A DNA stretch of 64,000 nucleotides from Dehalococcoidia bacterium (GTDB lineage Bacteria; Chloroflexota; Dehalococcoidia; Lucifugimonadales; UBA3495), in assembly GCA_965203195.1 (NCBI GenBank), contig OZ241860.1:1794334-1858333 (forward strand), read 5' to 3'. Below the pieces are notes generated by a model. The model searched no databases. It saw only the letters and a list, made by a program, of their open reading frames with translations, and was not told where the DNA came from. Positions 26,904 to 35,751 of this stretch are shown here, piece by piece. A program made the position numbers and the translations under genes. Position 1 is the first letter of the stretch, and every line of letters starts with the position of its first letter.

Positions 26904-27170
26904 ATGTTGGACGCCGAAGTCAAGCAGAATATCATCGCCGAGTACCGCACCCACGCCATGGACACGGGCTCCACGGAACTACAGGTAGCCCTGCTCACCG
27001 AGCGGATTCGCCAGGTGACCGATCATCTCCGCACCCACCGCAAGGACGTGCACTCCCGGAGGGGGCTGGTCACTATGGTGTCCAAGCGCCGTCGCCTGCT
27101 CAACTATTTGAGCAAGGAGGACGTCGGACGCTACCAGCGGCTCATCAGCCGGCTCGGGTTGCGCCGGTAA
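26904..27170 (+). CDS. rpsO: 30S ribosomal protein S15
   Basis: 88 aa: '[55 protein letters not shown]...'. Classic rpsO-pnp synteny. Confidence 0.95.
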   Translation: MLDAEVKQNIIAEYRTHAMDTGSTELQVALLTERIRQVTDHLRTHRKDVHSRRGLVTMVSKRRRLLNYLSKEDVGRYQRLISRLGLRR

Positions 27171-27180
27171 CGCCGCCGGT

Positions 27181-27210
27181 GCCGGCCTTTCTTGCGGCCG
27201 GCCCGTTTTA
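27181..27210 (+). terminator. hairpin plus short T-tract after rpsO (terminator/attenuator before pnp)
   Basis: 'gccggcc' / 'ggccggc' stem with an 8-nt loop, followed by 'ccgtttta'. Confidence 0.45.
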
Positions 27211-27486
27211 CTGCCCGCCGCCGGCTTGGCGACAACTCCGCCGGCAGCCGGAGGCTATCCCCGCGCCCGCCTGGGCGGGAAACGCCGTGGCAACCCCGTC
27301 CCGCCGTCGGACGGGCAAGCCGGCCTGAACCCGGCCGCAAATCCGAATAATCATGCCAAACGTTGCCGTTGAGGGAGCAACCGGGGGGGAGCAACGCAAC
27401 GCCGGCCGCGCCGTACTGAAATAAGCGACCGGGCAGCAGCAGCAACACATCACGCCGCGCACGCGAGAGGTTGAAAACACTTCCGT

Positions 27487-29997
27487 ATGACCACTACTAA
27501 TTCTACTGACGCCACTGGCGCACTGATGACCCCCTTTGCCGTATCGGGTGAAATCGGCGGCAACCCCGTTACCCTGGAAACCGGACGCCTGGCGCAGCAG
27601 GCCCACGGCGCCGTGGCCATTACCTGCGGGGACACCGTCCTGCTGGCTACCGCCGTAATGGCCGAACAGGCCCGGGATGTGGACTTTCTGCCCCTGACCG
27701 TGGAGTTTGAGGAACGCCTCTACTCGGTGGGCAAAATCCCCGGCAGCTTTTTCCGGCGGGAAGGACGCCCCGGCACCGAAGCCATCCTCTCTGCCCGACT
27801 CACCGACCGCAGCATCCGCCCCCTGTTCCCCAAGGGGCTGCACAACGAAATACAGGTCATCGTCACCGTCCTCTCCGTGGACGAAATGCACCCCCCGGAA
27901 ACTCTGGGCATGGTGGCGGCCTCGGCGGCGCTGTCCCTCAGCCAAATTCCCTTTGACGGGCCCATTGGAGCCTGCCGGGTCACTTGGGACGGCTACGATT
28001 ACAGCATCAACCCCGGCTTCGCCCGCAGCAGCGCCGCCGCCCTCAATATGGTGGTCGCCAGCAGCCGGGACGCCATTATGATGGTGGAATCCGGCTCCGT
28101 GGCAGTCGCCGAGGATGTCATCTTGGAAGGCATCCGGCTGGCCCACGAAAGCAACGCCCAGACCATTGCCCTGATTGACGAGCTGGTGGCGGCGCGCGGC
28201 CTGCCCAAAGTGGCAGCGCATTACGATGCCGCCGCCGGCGAGGAACGCCAGCAGCGGGTGGACGCCCTGGTCAACGGGCGCATCGCCGAAGTCCTGGAGC
28301 GCAATTCGTTCAAGAGCGAGCGGGACGCCAGCCTGGACGCCGTGGAAGCGGAAATCGCCGCGCAGCTGGCCGAGGATTATGCGGCCCCCGAAATCGCCGA
28401 AGCTTTCAAAAACCTGGTCAAAAAGGAAGTGCGCGCCCGCATCCTCAACCACGGCGTCCGTCCGGACGGCCGCCGCCCGGACGAAATCCGGCCCATCGCG
28501 TGCAGCGTGGGCGAACTCCCCCGGGCCCACGGCAGCGGGCTGTTCACCAGGGGGCAGACGCAGGTCTTGTCCGTGGCCACCCTGGCCTCCCTGTCAATGA
28601 AGCAGACGCTGGACACCGTGGGGCCGGACAACACCAAGCAGTTTATGCATCACTACAACTTCCCGCCGTACAGCGTGGGCGAAGCCCGGCGGGTAGGCTC
28701 CCCCGGCCGCCGGGAAATCGGCCACGGCGCCCTGGCGGAACGCGCCATACTGGCGGCAATGCCCTCGGAGGTGGAGTTCCCCTACACCGTGCGGGTGGTC
28801 AGCGAAGTGCTGGCCTCCAACGGCTCCACTTCAATGGGCAGCGTGTGCGGCTCTTCCCTGGCCCTGATGGACGCCGGCGTCCCCCTGACGGCGCCTGTGG
28901 CCGGCATCGCCATGGGCCTGATCACCGACGAAGCCGACGGGCAGTACGCCATCCTCAGCGACATACAGGGGATCGAGGATTTCCTGGGGGATATGGACTT
29001 CAAGGTGGCCGGCACCGAACAGGGCATCAACGCCCTGCAAATGGACGTCAAGATCGACGGCCTGACCCAGGAACTGCTGAGCGAAGCGCTGGAACAGGCC
29101 CGCGTCGGCCGGCTGCACATCCTCAGCCGTATGTCGGAAGCCATCAGCGAACCCCGCAGCCAGATGAGCCGCTACGCGCCCAAGCTGGTGCGAATGCAGA
29201 TACCCGTGGAGAAAATCGGCGCCCTCATCGGCCCCGGCGGGCGGGTCATCCGCGCCATCCAGGAGGAAACGGGCTGCAACATTGATGTGGCCGACGACGG
29301 TTCCGTCACCATCGCCTCCAGCGACCAGGGAATGATCGATCTGGCGCAAAGCCGGGTGGATGGCCTGACCCGCGACCCCGAAGTGGGCGACATCATCACC
29401 GGCAAGATTACCCGCACCACGAATTTCGGGGTGTTCGTGGAATTGACCCCCGGCGGCAAGGACGGCCTGGTTCGCAACGAGGAACTGGGCGACCTGGCCT
29501 ACGAGGACATTGACATCGGCCAGGAAATCACCGTGATGATTCACGAGATTGACCACATCGGCCGCATCAATATGTCCCGCCGGGCGCTGATGGGGGACAC
29601 GGCCCCGCCCGCGCCGCGCCCGGAGCGCCCCCCCTTCGGCGACCGTGACCGCGGGCCGCGCGGCGGTGGCGGCGGGTACGGCGGCCGGGGCGGCGGCGGT
29701 TTTGACCGCGGACCGCGCGGCGGTGGTGGGTACGGCGGCGGCCGGGGCGGCCCCGGCGGCGGTGGCGGCCGCGGTGGCCCCGGCGGCGGCCGGGGCGGTT
29801 TTGACCGCGACCGGGGGCCGCGCCCCGGCGGCGGGTACGGCGACCGCCCCGGCGGCCGGGACCGGAACTCCATGCTGGGTAGCGAGCCCGGCGACCGCCC
29901 GCCCCGGCGACCGCAGCAGGGCCGACCGCCCGGCCGCAGCCCGGCCGACCGCCGCTTCCTGGGCGGCGGTGGCGGCGGCGGCGGCCCCCGCCGCTAG
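27487..29997 (+). CDS. pnp: polyribonucleotide nucleotidyltransferase (PNPase) with a long Arg/Gly-rich C-terminal extension
   Basis: 836 aa. RNase PH domains, KH ('IGALIGPGGRVIRAIQEETG'), S1 ('GDIITGKITRTTNFGVFVEL'), then a ~135-aa RGG/GGY low-complexity tail. Confidence 0.95.
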   Translation: MTTTNSTDATGALMTPFAVSGEIGGNPVTLETGRLAQQAHGAVAITCGDTVLLATAVMAEQARDVDFLPLTVEFEERLYSVGKIPGSFFRREGRPGTEAILSARLTDRSIRPLFPKGLHNEIQVIVTVLSVDEMHPPETLGMVAASAALSLSQIPFDGPIGACRVTWDGYDYSINPGFARSSAAALNMVVASSRDAIMMVESGSVAVAEDVILEGIRLAHESNAQTIALIDELVAARGLPKVAAHYDAAAGEERQQRVDALVNGRIAEVLERNSFKSERDASLDAVEAEIAAQLAEDYAAPEIAEAFKNLVKKEVRARILNHGVRPDGRRPDEIRPIACSVGELPRAHGSGLFTRGQTQVLSVATLASLSMKQTLDTVGPDNTKQFMHHYNFPPYSVGEARRVGSPGRREIGHGALAERAILAAMPSEVEFPYTVRVVSEVLASNGSTSMGSVCGSSLALMDAGVPLTAPVAGIAMGLITDEADGQYAILSDIQGIEDFLGDMDFKVAGTEQGINALQMDVKIDGLTQELLSEALEQARVGRLHILSRMSEAISEPRSQMSRYAPKLVRMQIPVEKIGALIGPGGRVIRAIQEETGCNIDVADDGSVTIASSDQGMIDLAQSRVDGLTRDPEVGDIITGKITRTTNFGVFVELTPGGKDGLVRNEELGDLAYEDIDIGQEITVMIHEIDHIGRINMSRRALMGDTAPPAPRPERPPFGDRDRGPRGGGGGYGGRGGGGFDRGPRGGGGYGGGRGGPGGGGGRGGPGGGRGGFDRDRGPRPGGGYGDRPGGRDRNSMLGSEPGDRPPRRPQQGRPPGRSPADRRFLGGGGGGGGPRR

Positions 29998-30144
29998 AAA
30001 CACGTCGCGCCTCTCCGCGCAATCCCGGCGCGCAAGCCTTCATCCTGCCCAGGATGGGGGCTTGCGCCTTGCCCACGCCACCGGCAAATGTGTTACGATA
30101 GGCACACGACAGCGATCGGAAACCGGCCGGATTAGGAGCGTCCG

Positions 30145-30537
30145 ATGACCACCTCTAGGCGCGATTTGGCGACTACGGAACCGCCAACGCCGGCGGCAGC
30201 GCCGGAACGCCCCCAAAGCAAGGGGTGGTTCCCGGAACTGGCCGACGTGCTTTTTGAGCTGTCCGGCACGCTGAGCCGAACCTTCATCGTCATCGGCGTC
30301 ATTGCCCTGGGGGCCATGGTGATGGCCTATGGGGGCGCCTCTACCGGACATTACCGTATCGCAATGGGGGCTCTGGCGGTTTTCGGGCTGGCGATGCTGG
30401 CCTGGTGCGCCGCCGGCTTCTATTTCCTCTGGGTAAACGTCAGGGTAATCGGCAAATGGCTGATCGCGCGACGGCGCAACGCTGCCGGAGAACCGGCGGA
30501 CAACGCGTCGGCTATTAGAGCAGCCGGTACAGAGTAA
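30145..30537 (+). CDS. hypothetical membrane protein
   Basis: 130 aa with three predicted hydrophobic helices ('FIVIGVIALGAMVMAYG', 'IAMGALAVFGLAMLAWCAAGFYFLWV'). Confidence 0.5.
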   Translation: MTTSRRDLATTEPPTPAAAPERPQSKGWFPELADVLFELSGTLSRTFIVIGVIALGAMVMAYGGASTGHYRIAMGALAVFGLAMLAWCAAGFYFLWVNVRVIGKWLIARRRNAAGEPADNASAIRAAGTE

Positions 30538-30754
30538 GTCCCATCAAGAATATGATGCCGACCACCGTGCTCACTACGAATACCCAGTAGGCATATCGCA
30601 CGACCCTCAGCAAAGGCATCCGGTCGTCGTGCACTGCCGATTGGAGCCTGGGGAAAATCGTTCTGAAAACCAACGCCAGTACCAATGCCGTCACCAGTGG
30701 GGCCACCAACGATAAGGGCAGCAACGCGATAATTTCCGAAGCTAAACCTGCCAT
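30515..30754 (-). CDS. hypothetical small membrane protein
   Basis: ATG at 30754 preceded by 'ggagaggag'; 79 aa with two hydrophobic helices. Confidence 0.45.
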   Translation of the reverse strand: MAGLASEIIALLPLSLVAPLVTALVLALVFRTIFPRLQSAVHDDRMPLLRVVRYAYWVFVVSTVVGIIFLMGLTLYRLL

Positions 30755-30947
30755 TATTCTCCTCTCCTGGTACAAAGTGCGGTATTTTGAGCGGTATAGT
30801 ACCGCCCTCGGCAGGCGTCTGGCAAGCCAAGACGCAAGGCAACGCCGCCGGCGGTATGGTATCATATCGTCAGGTTGCTTGACCTGCCCGGCGCGCGTTG
30901 CGTCCTGTACCTGTTGCCTGCCGAGATAATAGAAAGGAGATGCCGGT

Positions 30948-31637
30948 ATGCCAGTGATTACCGTCAACGGCCCCATTGGCGCCGGCTCCATCGCCGTGGG
31001 GCAGCAGGTGGCCCACGACCTGCACCTGAACTATGTCGACCGCATGGTGTTCGCCGAGGCGGCCCGCATCATCGGCTCGCCCGTGTCCAACCTGATTGCC
31101 AAAGAACAGCGCGTGGAACGCTTCGGCGACCGGGTGGCCGCCCTGCTCGGCCGGGTTCTGGAACGCGCCGCCGTTTCCGGCGACTACGACCTGGGCGTGG
31201 GCATTGAAACCCTGCCCGAAACCTACCACGAACTGGCCGGCGAAACCTCATCGCGCGTGCAGCGCGTCAACGACCAGGTGTTTATTGACACCACCCGCGA
31301 GGTAATCGCCAACCTGGCCCAGGCCGGCCATGTGGTCATCATCGGGCGCGGGGCCAATGTTATCCTGGGGGACACGCCGGGCGTTCTCCATGTGGGTATG
31401 CTGGCGCCAATGTCCCGCCGGGTCGCCACGATTATGGAACGGGAACATCTGGACGAAGCGCAGGCCCGTTCCTATCTGACCGGCCTGGAGGAAGCGCGGG
31501 TCAAGTTCTTTCAGAAATTTTTCAAAGTGTCGCCCCAGGATCCGACCCTGTACCATATAATGCTGGATATGGGCCATATGAGCGACGACACGGCGGCGAA
31601 AATCATCGCCCACGCCGCCGGGGATCTGGAACACTAG
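30948..31637 (+). CDS. cytidylate-kinase-like family protein (P-loop-like)
   Basis: 'MPVITVNGPIGAGSIAVGQQVAHDLHLNYVDR' and '..VIIGRGANVIL' are typical of this family. Confidence 0.6.
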   Translation: MPVITVNGPIGAGSIAVGQQVAHDLHLNYVDRMVFAEAARIIGSPVSNLIAKEQRVERFGDRVAALLGRVLERAAVSGDYDLGVGIETLPETYHELAGETSSRVQRVNDQVFIDTTREVIANLAQAGHVVIIGRGANVILGDTPGVLHVGMLAPMSRRVATIMEREHLDEAQARSYLTGLEEARVKFFQKFFKVSPQDPTLYHIMLDMGHMSDDTAAKIIAHAAGDLEH

Positions 31638-31733
31638 CCGGCAGCCAGCCCGGCCCATCCGCCACCCGTTGCGCCAGCCGCCAACGCTGGCGGTAATGCC
31701 ACTTTCGTGCCACTTCAAGGAGGTCACAGGGAT

Positions 31734-32027
31734 ATGTTCATCCGAATGGTCTGGGGGAAACTCCGCGCCGGTTCCTGGGAGGAATTCGAGCGCCATTACC
31801 ACGAGCGGGTCACCGCCGGCTCCGCCCCCAAGGGCCTCAAGGAGCGGCAGCTCATCCGCAGCACCGAGGACCCGGACGAGGGCATCAGCGTGAGCATCTG
31901 GGAAACCCTGGGCGACCTGCGCGCCTACGAAACCAGCGAGTTCCGCGCCAACATCGCCCGCGAGGTGGAGCACCTGTACCGGGGGGAATACTGGGTCAAG
32001 CACTTCGAGATTGCGTCCAGGGACTGA
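31734..32027 (+). CDS. ABM-fold (antibiotic-biosynthesis-monooxygenase-like) small protein
   Basis: ATG at 31734 preceded by 'aaggagg'; 97 aa. 'MFIRMVWGKLRAGSWEEFERHY...ISVSIWETLGDLRAYETSE'. Confidence 0.5.
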   Translation: MFIRMVWGKLRAGSWEEFERHYHERVTAGSAPKGLKERQLIRSTEDPDEGISVSIWETLGDLRAYETSEFRANIAREVEHLYRGEYWVKHFEIASRD

Positions 32028-32174
32028 CCCCCGGCTCCGGCGGACGCCGGCAAAAAAGGGGCCGGGGCGAATTATAATTCGCCCCGGCCGATTGCTTTAG
32101 GGATCAGCCGCCGCCCGTAGCCACCGCTTGCGGCCACTGCCGGCGGCTTACGGGCGGCGGCCCCCGCCCGTCGT

Positions 32175-32594
32175 TCAGCGGCTGGCGCTGGCCCCCGCCA
32201 GGCGGCCAATGCCGGCGCGGGAACAGTCCTCGTCCTCCTGCGCCGTGCCGCCGCTGCCGCCCACAGCGCCAATGAGCGCCCCGTTCAGATAGATGGGCAG
32301 CGCCCCCTGGCCGGGCACGAACTCGCCGCGCTCCACTTCCATAACGGCGCGCATAATGGGCGTGGTGGAGCGTTCCGTCAGGTCGCCGCTGGGTTCCCCG
32401 AAGCACGCCGAGGCGCGGGCCTTGCCCCGGGATACATAGGGCGTGCGCCAGGCGGAGCCGTCCATCTTGCACATCGTAATGAGGTCGCCCCGCGCGTCCA
32501 CTACGGAAAAGCTGAAGGCTTTCCCCAGTTCCAACGCGGCGGCTTTGGCGCCGGCCAGCACCTGCTCGGCCTGTTCCAGTGTGATGTTGGGCAT
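32175..32594 (-). CDS. GlcG/HbpS-like (DUF336) heme-binding-type protein
   Basis: 139 aa with 'FSVVDARGDLI', 'GALPIYLNGALIGAVGGSGGTAQEDEDC'. Confidence 0.7.
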   Translation of the reverse strand: MPNITLEQAEQVLAGAKAAALELGKAFSFSVVDARGDLITMCKMDGSAWRTPYVSRGKARASACFGEPSGDLTERSTTPIMRAVMEVERGEFVPGQGALPIYLNGALIGAVGGSGGTAQEDEDCSRAGIGRLAGASASR

Positions 32595-32835
32595 CGTTGC
32601 TATCTCCTTTCGGTTGCGTGACTGGCGTTTGCCTGATTGACGCTTGATTTGGTGATTGGATTGACCCTTGATTGCCGCTGATCGGCGGCCGGCGCGGGTT
32701 GGCGCGCCCGCCCGCCGGTGCTATTATAACACTCAGCCGGCGGCGCGTTGACCGCAGGAAACCCGGCGGGAATGCCCCTTGGGAAAACCCGATGGCAATA
32801 AGCGCGCCCCAATAAAGTGGAGGCCATAGCCCCCG

Positions 32836-32949
32836 ATGTTCGGATTTTTTGAAGGCTTGGGCAAAGGCTGCGGATGCGTGATCGGCGTCATCATTGTCGT
32901 GATTGTCCTCATCGCCATCGCCGCCGTCTGCATCGGGATTACGCCCTAG
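32836..32949 (+). CDS. possible 37-aa hydrophobic Cys-rich peptide
   Basis: 'gtggagg' RBS 12 nt upstream. 'MFGFFEGLGKGCGCVIGVIIVVIVLIAIAAVCIGITP*'. It is below the ORF-track length cut-off and coding is unproven. Confidence 0.3.
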   Translation: MFGFFEGLGKGCGCVIGVIIVVIVLIAIAAVCIGITP

Positions 32950-32994
32950 CGCGCGTCCCGGTCGCCCCCGTTTTTGCCCCAAGGAGCAACGCCG

Positions 32995-33945
32995 ATGCAG
33001 TTCGGATTCTACCTGCCCAACCACGGCCCCAACGCCCAACCCGGCCCGCTGGCGCAGATTGCCCGGACGGGCGACCGCTTGGGCTTTTATTGCATGGTGG
33101 CCGGCGACCACATCCTGGTGCCGGAGCGCATTGAATCGCCCTACCCCTACACCGTGGGCGGCGAGTTCCCCACCGGCGAAAGCGGCGAGTACTTTGAGCA
33201 GCTGACCCTGCTGACCTACCTGGCCGGCATCACGGAGCGCATCCGGCTGGCGCCCAGCGTGATGATTGTTCCCTACCGCCCGCCCATCCTGGCCGCCAAA
33301 ATGCTGGCCACGCTGGATGTGCTGTCGCAGGGCCGCCTGATACTGGGCGTAGGCGTGGGCTGGATGGAGGAGGAATTCGCCGCCTTGGACACGCCGCCCT
33401 TTGCGGAACGGGGCGCGGTGACCGACGAATACCTGCGCGCCTACAAAGAGCTGTGGACCAGCCCCAAGCCCGAATTTGATGGCCGGTATGTGCGGTTTTC
33501 AGGCCTCCGGTTTCTGCCCAAACCGGCGCAGCGCCCCCACCCGCCCATCTGGGTAGGCGGGCAGAGCCGGCCGGCCATCCGGCGGGCGGCCACCCTGGGC
33601 GACGGCTGGCATCCCGTGGGCGCCATTCCGGCGGCCACGCTGGAACCGGAGGAACTGGCCGGCGATCTGGCCTCCCTCTACCGCTTCGCCGAGCAGGCGG
33701 GCCGCGACCCGGCCACCCTGGCGGTGTCACTGAAAGCGCCGCTGTACGACCCGGCGACCATGCAGAGCGGGCCGCGCCGCCGTTTCTCCGGCCCGGTGGA
33801 CGCCATCCTGGAGGATGTGCATACCTACGCCGCAGTGGGCGTGTCCCACATCATTTTTGACATCCGGGGCAACGACCTGAACCGGGCGCTGGAGCGGCTG
33901 GAGTGGTTCGCCGGGGATGTGATGGCGCCGGCGCAGGGGCGCTGA
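32995..33945 (+). CDS. LLM-class (luciferase-like) F420-dependent oxidoreductase
   Basis: ATG at 32995 after 'aaggag'. 'MQFGFYLPNHGP', 'LDVLSQGRLILGVGVGWMEEEF', 'PPIWVGG'. Confidence 0.75.
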   Translation: MQFGFYLPNHGPNAQPGPLAQIARTGDRLGFYCMVAGDHILVPERIESPYPYTVGGEFPTGESGEYFEQLTLLTYLAGITERIRLAPSVMIVPYRPPILAAKMLATLDVLSQGRLILGVGVGWMEEEFAALDTPPFAERGAVTDEYLRAYKELWTSPKPEFDGRYVRFSGLRFLPKPAQRPHPPIWVGGQSRPAIRRAATLGDGWHPVGAIPAATLEPEELAGDLASLYRFAEQAGRDPATLAVSLKAPLYDPATMQSGPRRRFSGPVDAILEDVHTYAAVGVSHIIFDIRGNDLNRALERLEWFAGDVMAPAQGR

Positions 33946-35036
33946 TACGCCCGCCGGGAAACCCGCTCGGTTTGCCCCCTGGCCGCCGGAGCGTGTCGCT
34001 AACGGCATTTTTCGTCATCCCGGCCTCCGCCGGCGCCCGACACGCCCTGATCCGGCGCCGCGCCCAATCCGACCGCCAAAATCCAAAATTCGCCCCGAAT
34101 CAGCGCCATTTACCCCTTGCGCCCCAAACATAAGTACGCTATGCTGATGCACGGGTAAAGCAGCCCCGGCCGCCGGCAAAGCTTTCTAGCGCGCTACACC
34201 GGACGGCCACCGCCACAAAACCCGGCGTACGACAGGCATCGCGGCGGCATAAGGCCCGCTTTTGTGTGAACCCAACCGGACATCCCTGTCCACCGACCGA
34301 CGGCTCAACCAACCGCGTCACGCTATCAAATGGCTGCGTGGGTGCCGCTGGTCAGCGGCACCCACCGGCCTACCAACCGCATCACGCCCACACCGGGGGA
34401 AAGTTTCGGGCTGGCCGGCCCGTCAGGAAACGGCCTAACCCTTGTCGGAATTCACTATGCAGCTGGTCCTGCTTCGTCGCTATACGCATCGTATGGCCCG
34501 TGTAGTTCTGTGCCAGCCAGCGGGTGTCACCACCGTGCCGTGCCGGATGAGCCAACCGGCGTGCCGGAGCAGGCCCTGAACCTGCTTTTGCTTGCTGTAA
34601 GTCCGTCCGGGACACGGAAAACTAGGACGAAACTCACGCGTTACGCTCTCAGGCCGTAGCGCCGACAACCTGGAATCCGGCCGCCCGGACAACCCCCGGT
34701 GTCCCTTATCAATCATCCGTCAACTGCCAATTGCCAACCGTCAATCATCAACCGCCCAACCCGCCGGAAAGGAGCCGCCTTCCAATGACAACTGCCCTAT
34801 CGCCACCTGCCCGCCGCCGCCCGCCGCGATGTCCCCACCCGCCGGAACCCCCTTCGTAACCGGAGCCTCCTCGCGCATCAAGGCGCGTCGTCAAACGAAC
34901 TTTTGCGTCGCTCCGGCGGCGCAGCATTATCACCCGTCGCTCCGGCGCGCGCCGGAATCCGGGCATCCCGACCGTCTGCTCCGCAACAGTCGGCGCCGGC
35001 CCCGGATTCCGGTGTCCGCCTGAACGAAGGGTGACT

Positions 35037-35291
35037 TCACGACGCGCCCTGGGTGGCGTCCGATTGCGCCGCCCGCCCGCCGTTCCGCGACCCCAAGCGC
35101 GCCCCGGCGAACCCCAAAATCGCCCCCAACGCGCCCTTGACCATCGTATCCGCCAGATCGATCATATTGAGCTGCGCGGGCGTCAACTCACCGGCCGGCA
35201 CCGGCGTCAGCCAGGCCAGAATCCCGCCCCCGGCTCCAATCAGTCCGACGAGTACAACCAGGACGACAATCGTGTTGAATCGGTCCGTCAT
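35037..35291 (-). CDS. small membrane protein, cassette gene 2 (paralog of 59911-60141)
   Basis: 84 aa: 'IVVLVVLVGLIGAGGGILAWLTPVPAGELTPAQLNMIDLADTMVKGALGAILGFAG'. The start overlaps the upstream stop (ATGA, 35288-35291). Confidence 0.6.
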   Translation of the reverse strand: MTDRFNTIVVLVVLVGLIGAGGGILAWLTPVPAGELTPAQLNMIDLADTMVKGALGAILGFAGARLGSRNGGRAAQSDATQGAS

Positions 35292-35467
35292 GCCGTCGCG
35301 TCCCCGGACTGCTGGTCGGAAGCCGGGCCGGGCTGCCCGCCCGGGGCACCCTTTTTGCGCCTCACCCAGAAAAGGTTGTAGTAGATCAGCGCCCCGATGC
35401 CGACGACCACCGTCAGCGTCCCCAGCACCATCAGCGTCATCCCGAAAATCTGCGCGAACAAGTCCAT
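35288..35467 (-). CDS. small membrane protein, cassette gene 1 (paralog of 59738-59914)
   Basis: ATG at 35467 preceded by 'gggagg'; 59 aa: 'MDLFAQIFGMTLMVLGTLTVVVGIGALIYYNLFWVRRKKG...'. Confidence 0.55.
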   Translation of the reverse strand: MDLFAQIFGMTLMVLGTLTVVVGIGALIYYNLFWVRRKKGAPGGQPGPASDQQSGDATA

Positions 35468-35751
35468 CGTCCTTGCCTCCCGTCTGTGTTGGCGGCTGTT
35501 CCGCGACGACGCCATTCTACCACATCCACATTGCGCTGGCGCCAGTCCGGGAAAACCCGGCGCCCCACCTCGCCCCGCCCATCCCCAACGCCGCACAAGG
35601 CCAGGGCTTACGCGTGGCGTTTATGCGACACGGGGCTTATGCCATACGATGCTTATGCTATAATCGGGTTGCGCTTTACGGGCCGTCAAGCCGTGGCGCC
35701 GTTGTCAATACCCCCAGCCCAGCCCCAGCCCAGCTTGAGGAGGATACCGCC

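Noticed and set aside
29640-29990. Regularly spaced GGC/GGT-rich repeats (also 56095-56480) that could look like a CRISPR or minisatellite array.
   Set aside because: Both lie inside long in-frame coding sequence (the PNPase tail and the membrane-protein linker). There are no unique spacers of constant length and no cas genes in the window.
34140-34720. Possible RNase P RNA or tmRNA in the ORF-free region ('gggggaaagtttcgggc' resembles the P4 'GAGGAAAGUCCGGGC'; 'cacagaac' on the other strand resembles 'ACAGAA'; 'gcagg-ttcaggg-cctgc' is T-arm-like).
   Set aside because: The RNase P-like words lie on opposite strands, and the other universal blocks (GGUAA, AGGGUGAAA, GCUUGAG) are absent. There is no tRNA-like 3' end (GGUUCGA...CCA), no 5' GGGG...CGACGGG and no tag ORF ending in ..LAA for tmRNA. 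The region is kept only as an unclassified candidate.
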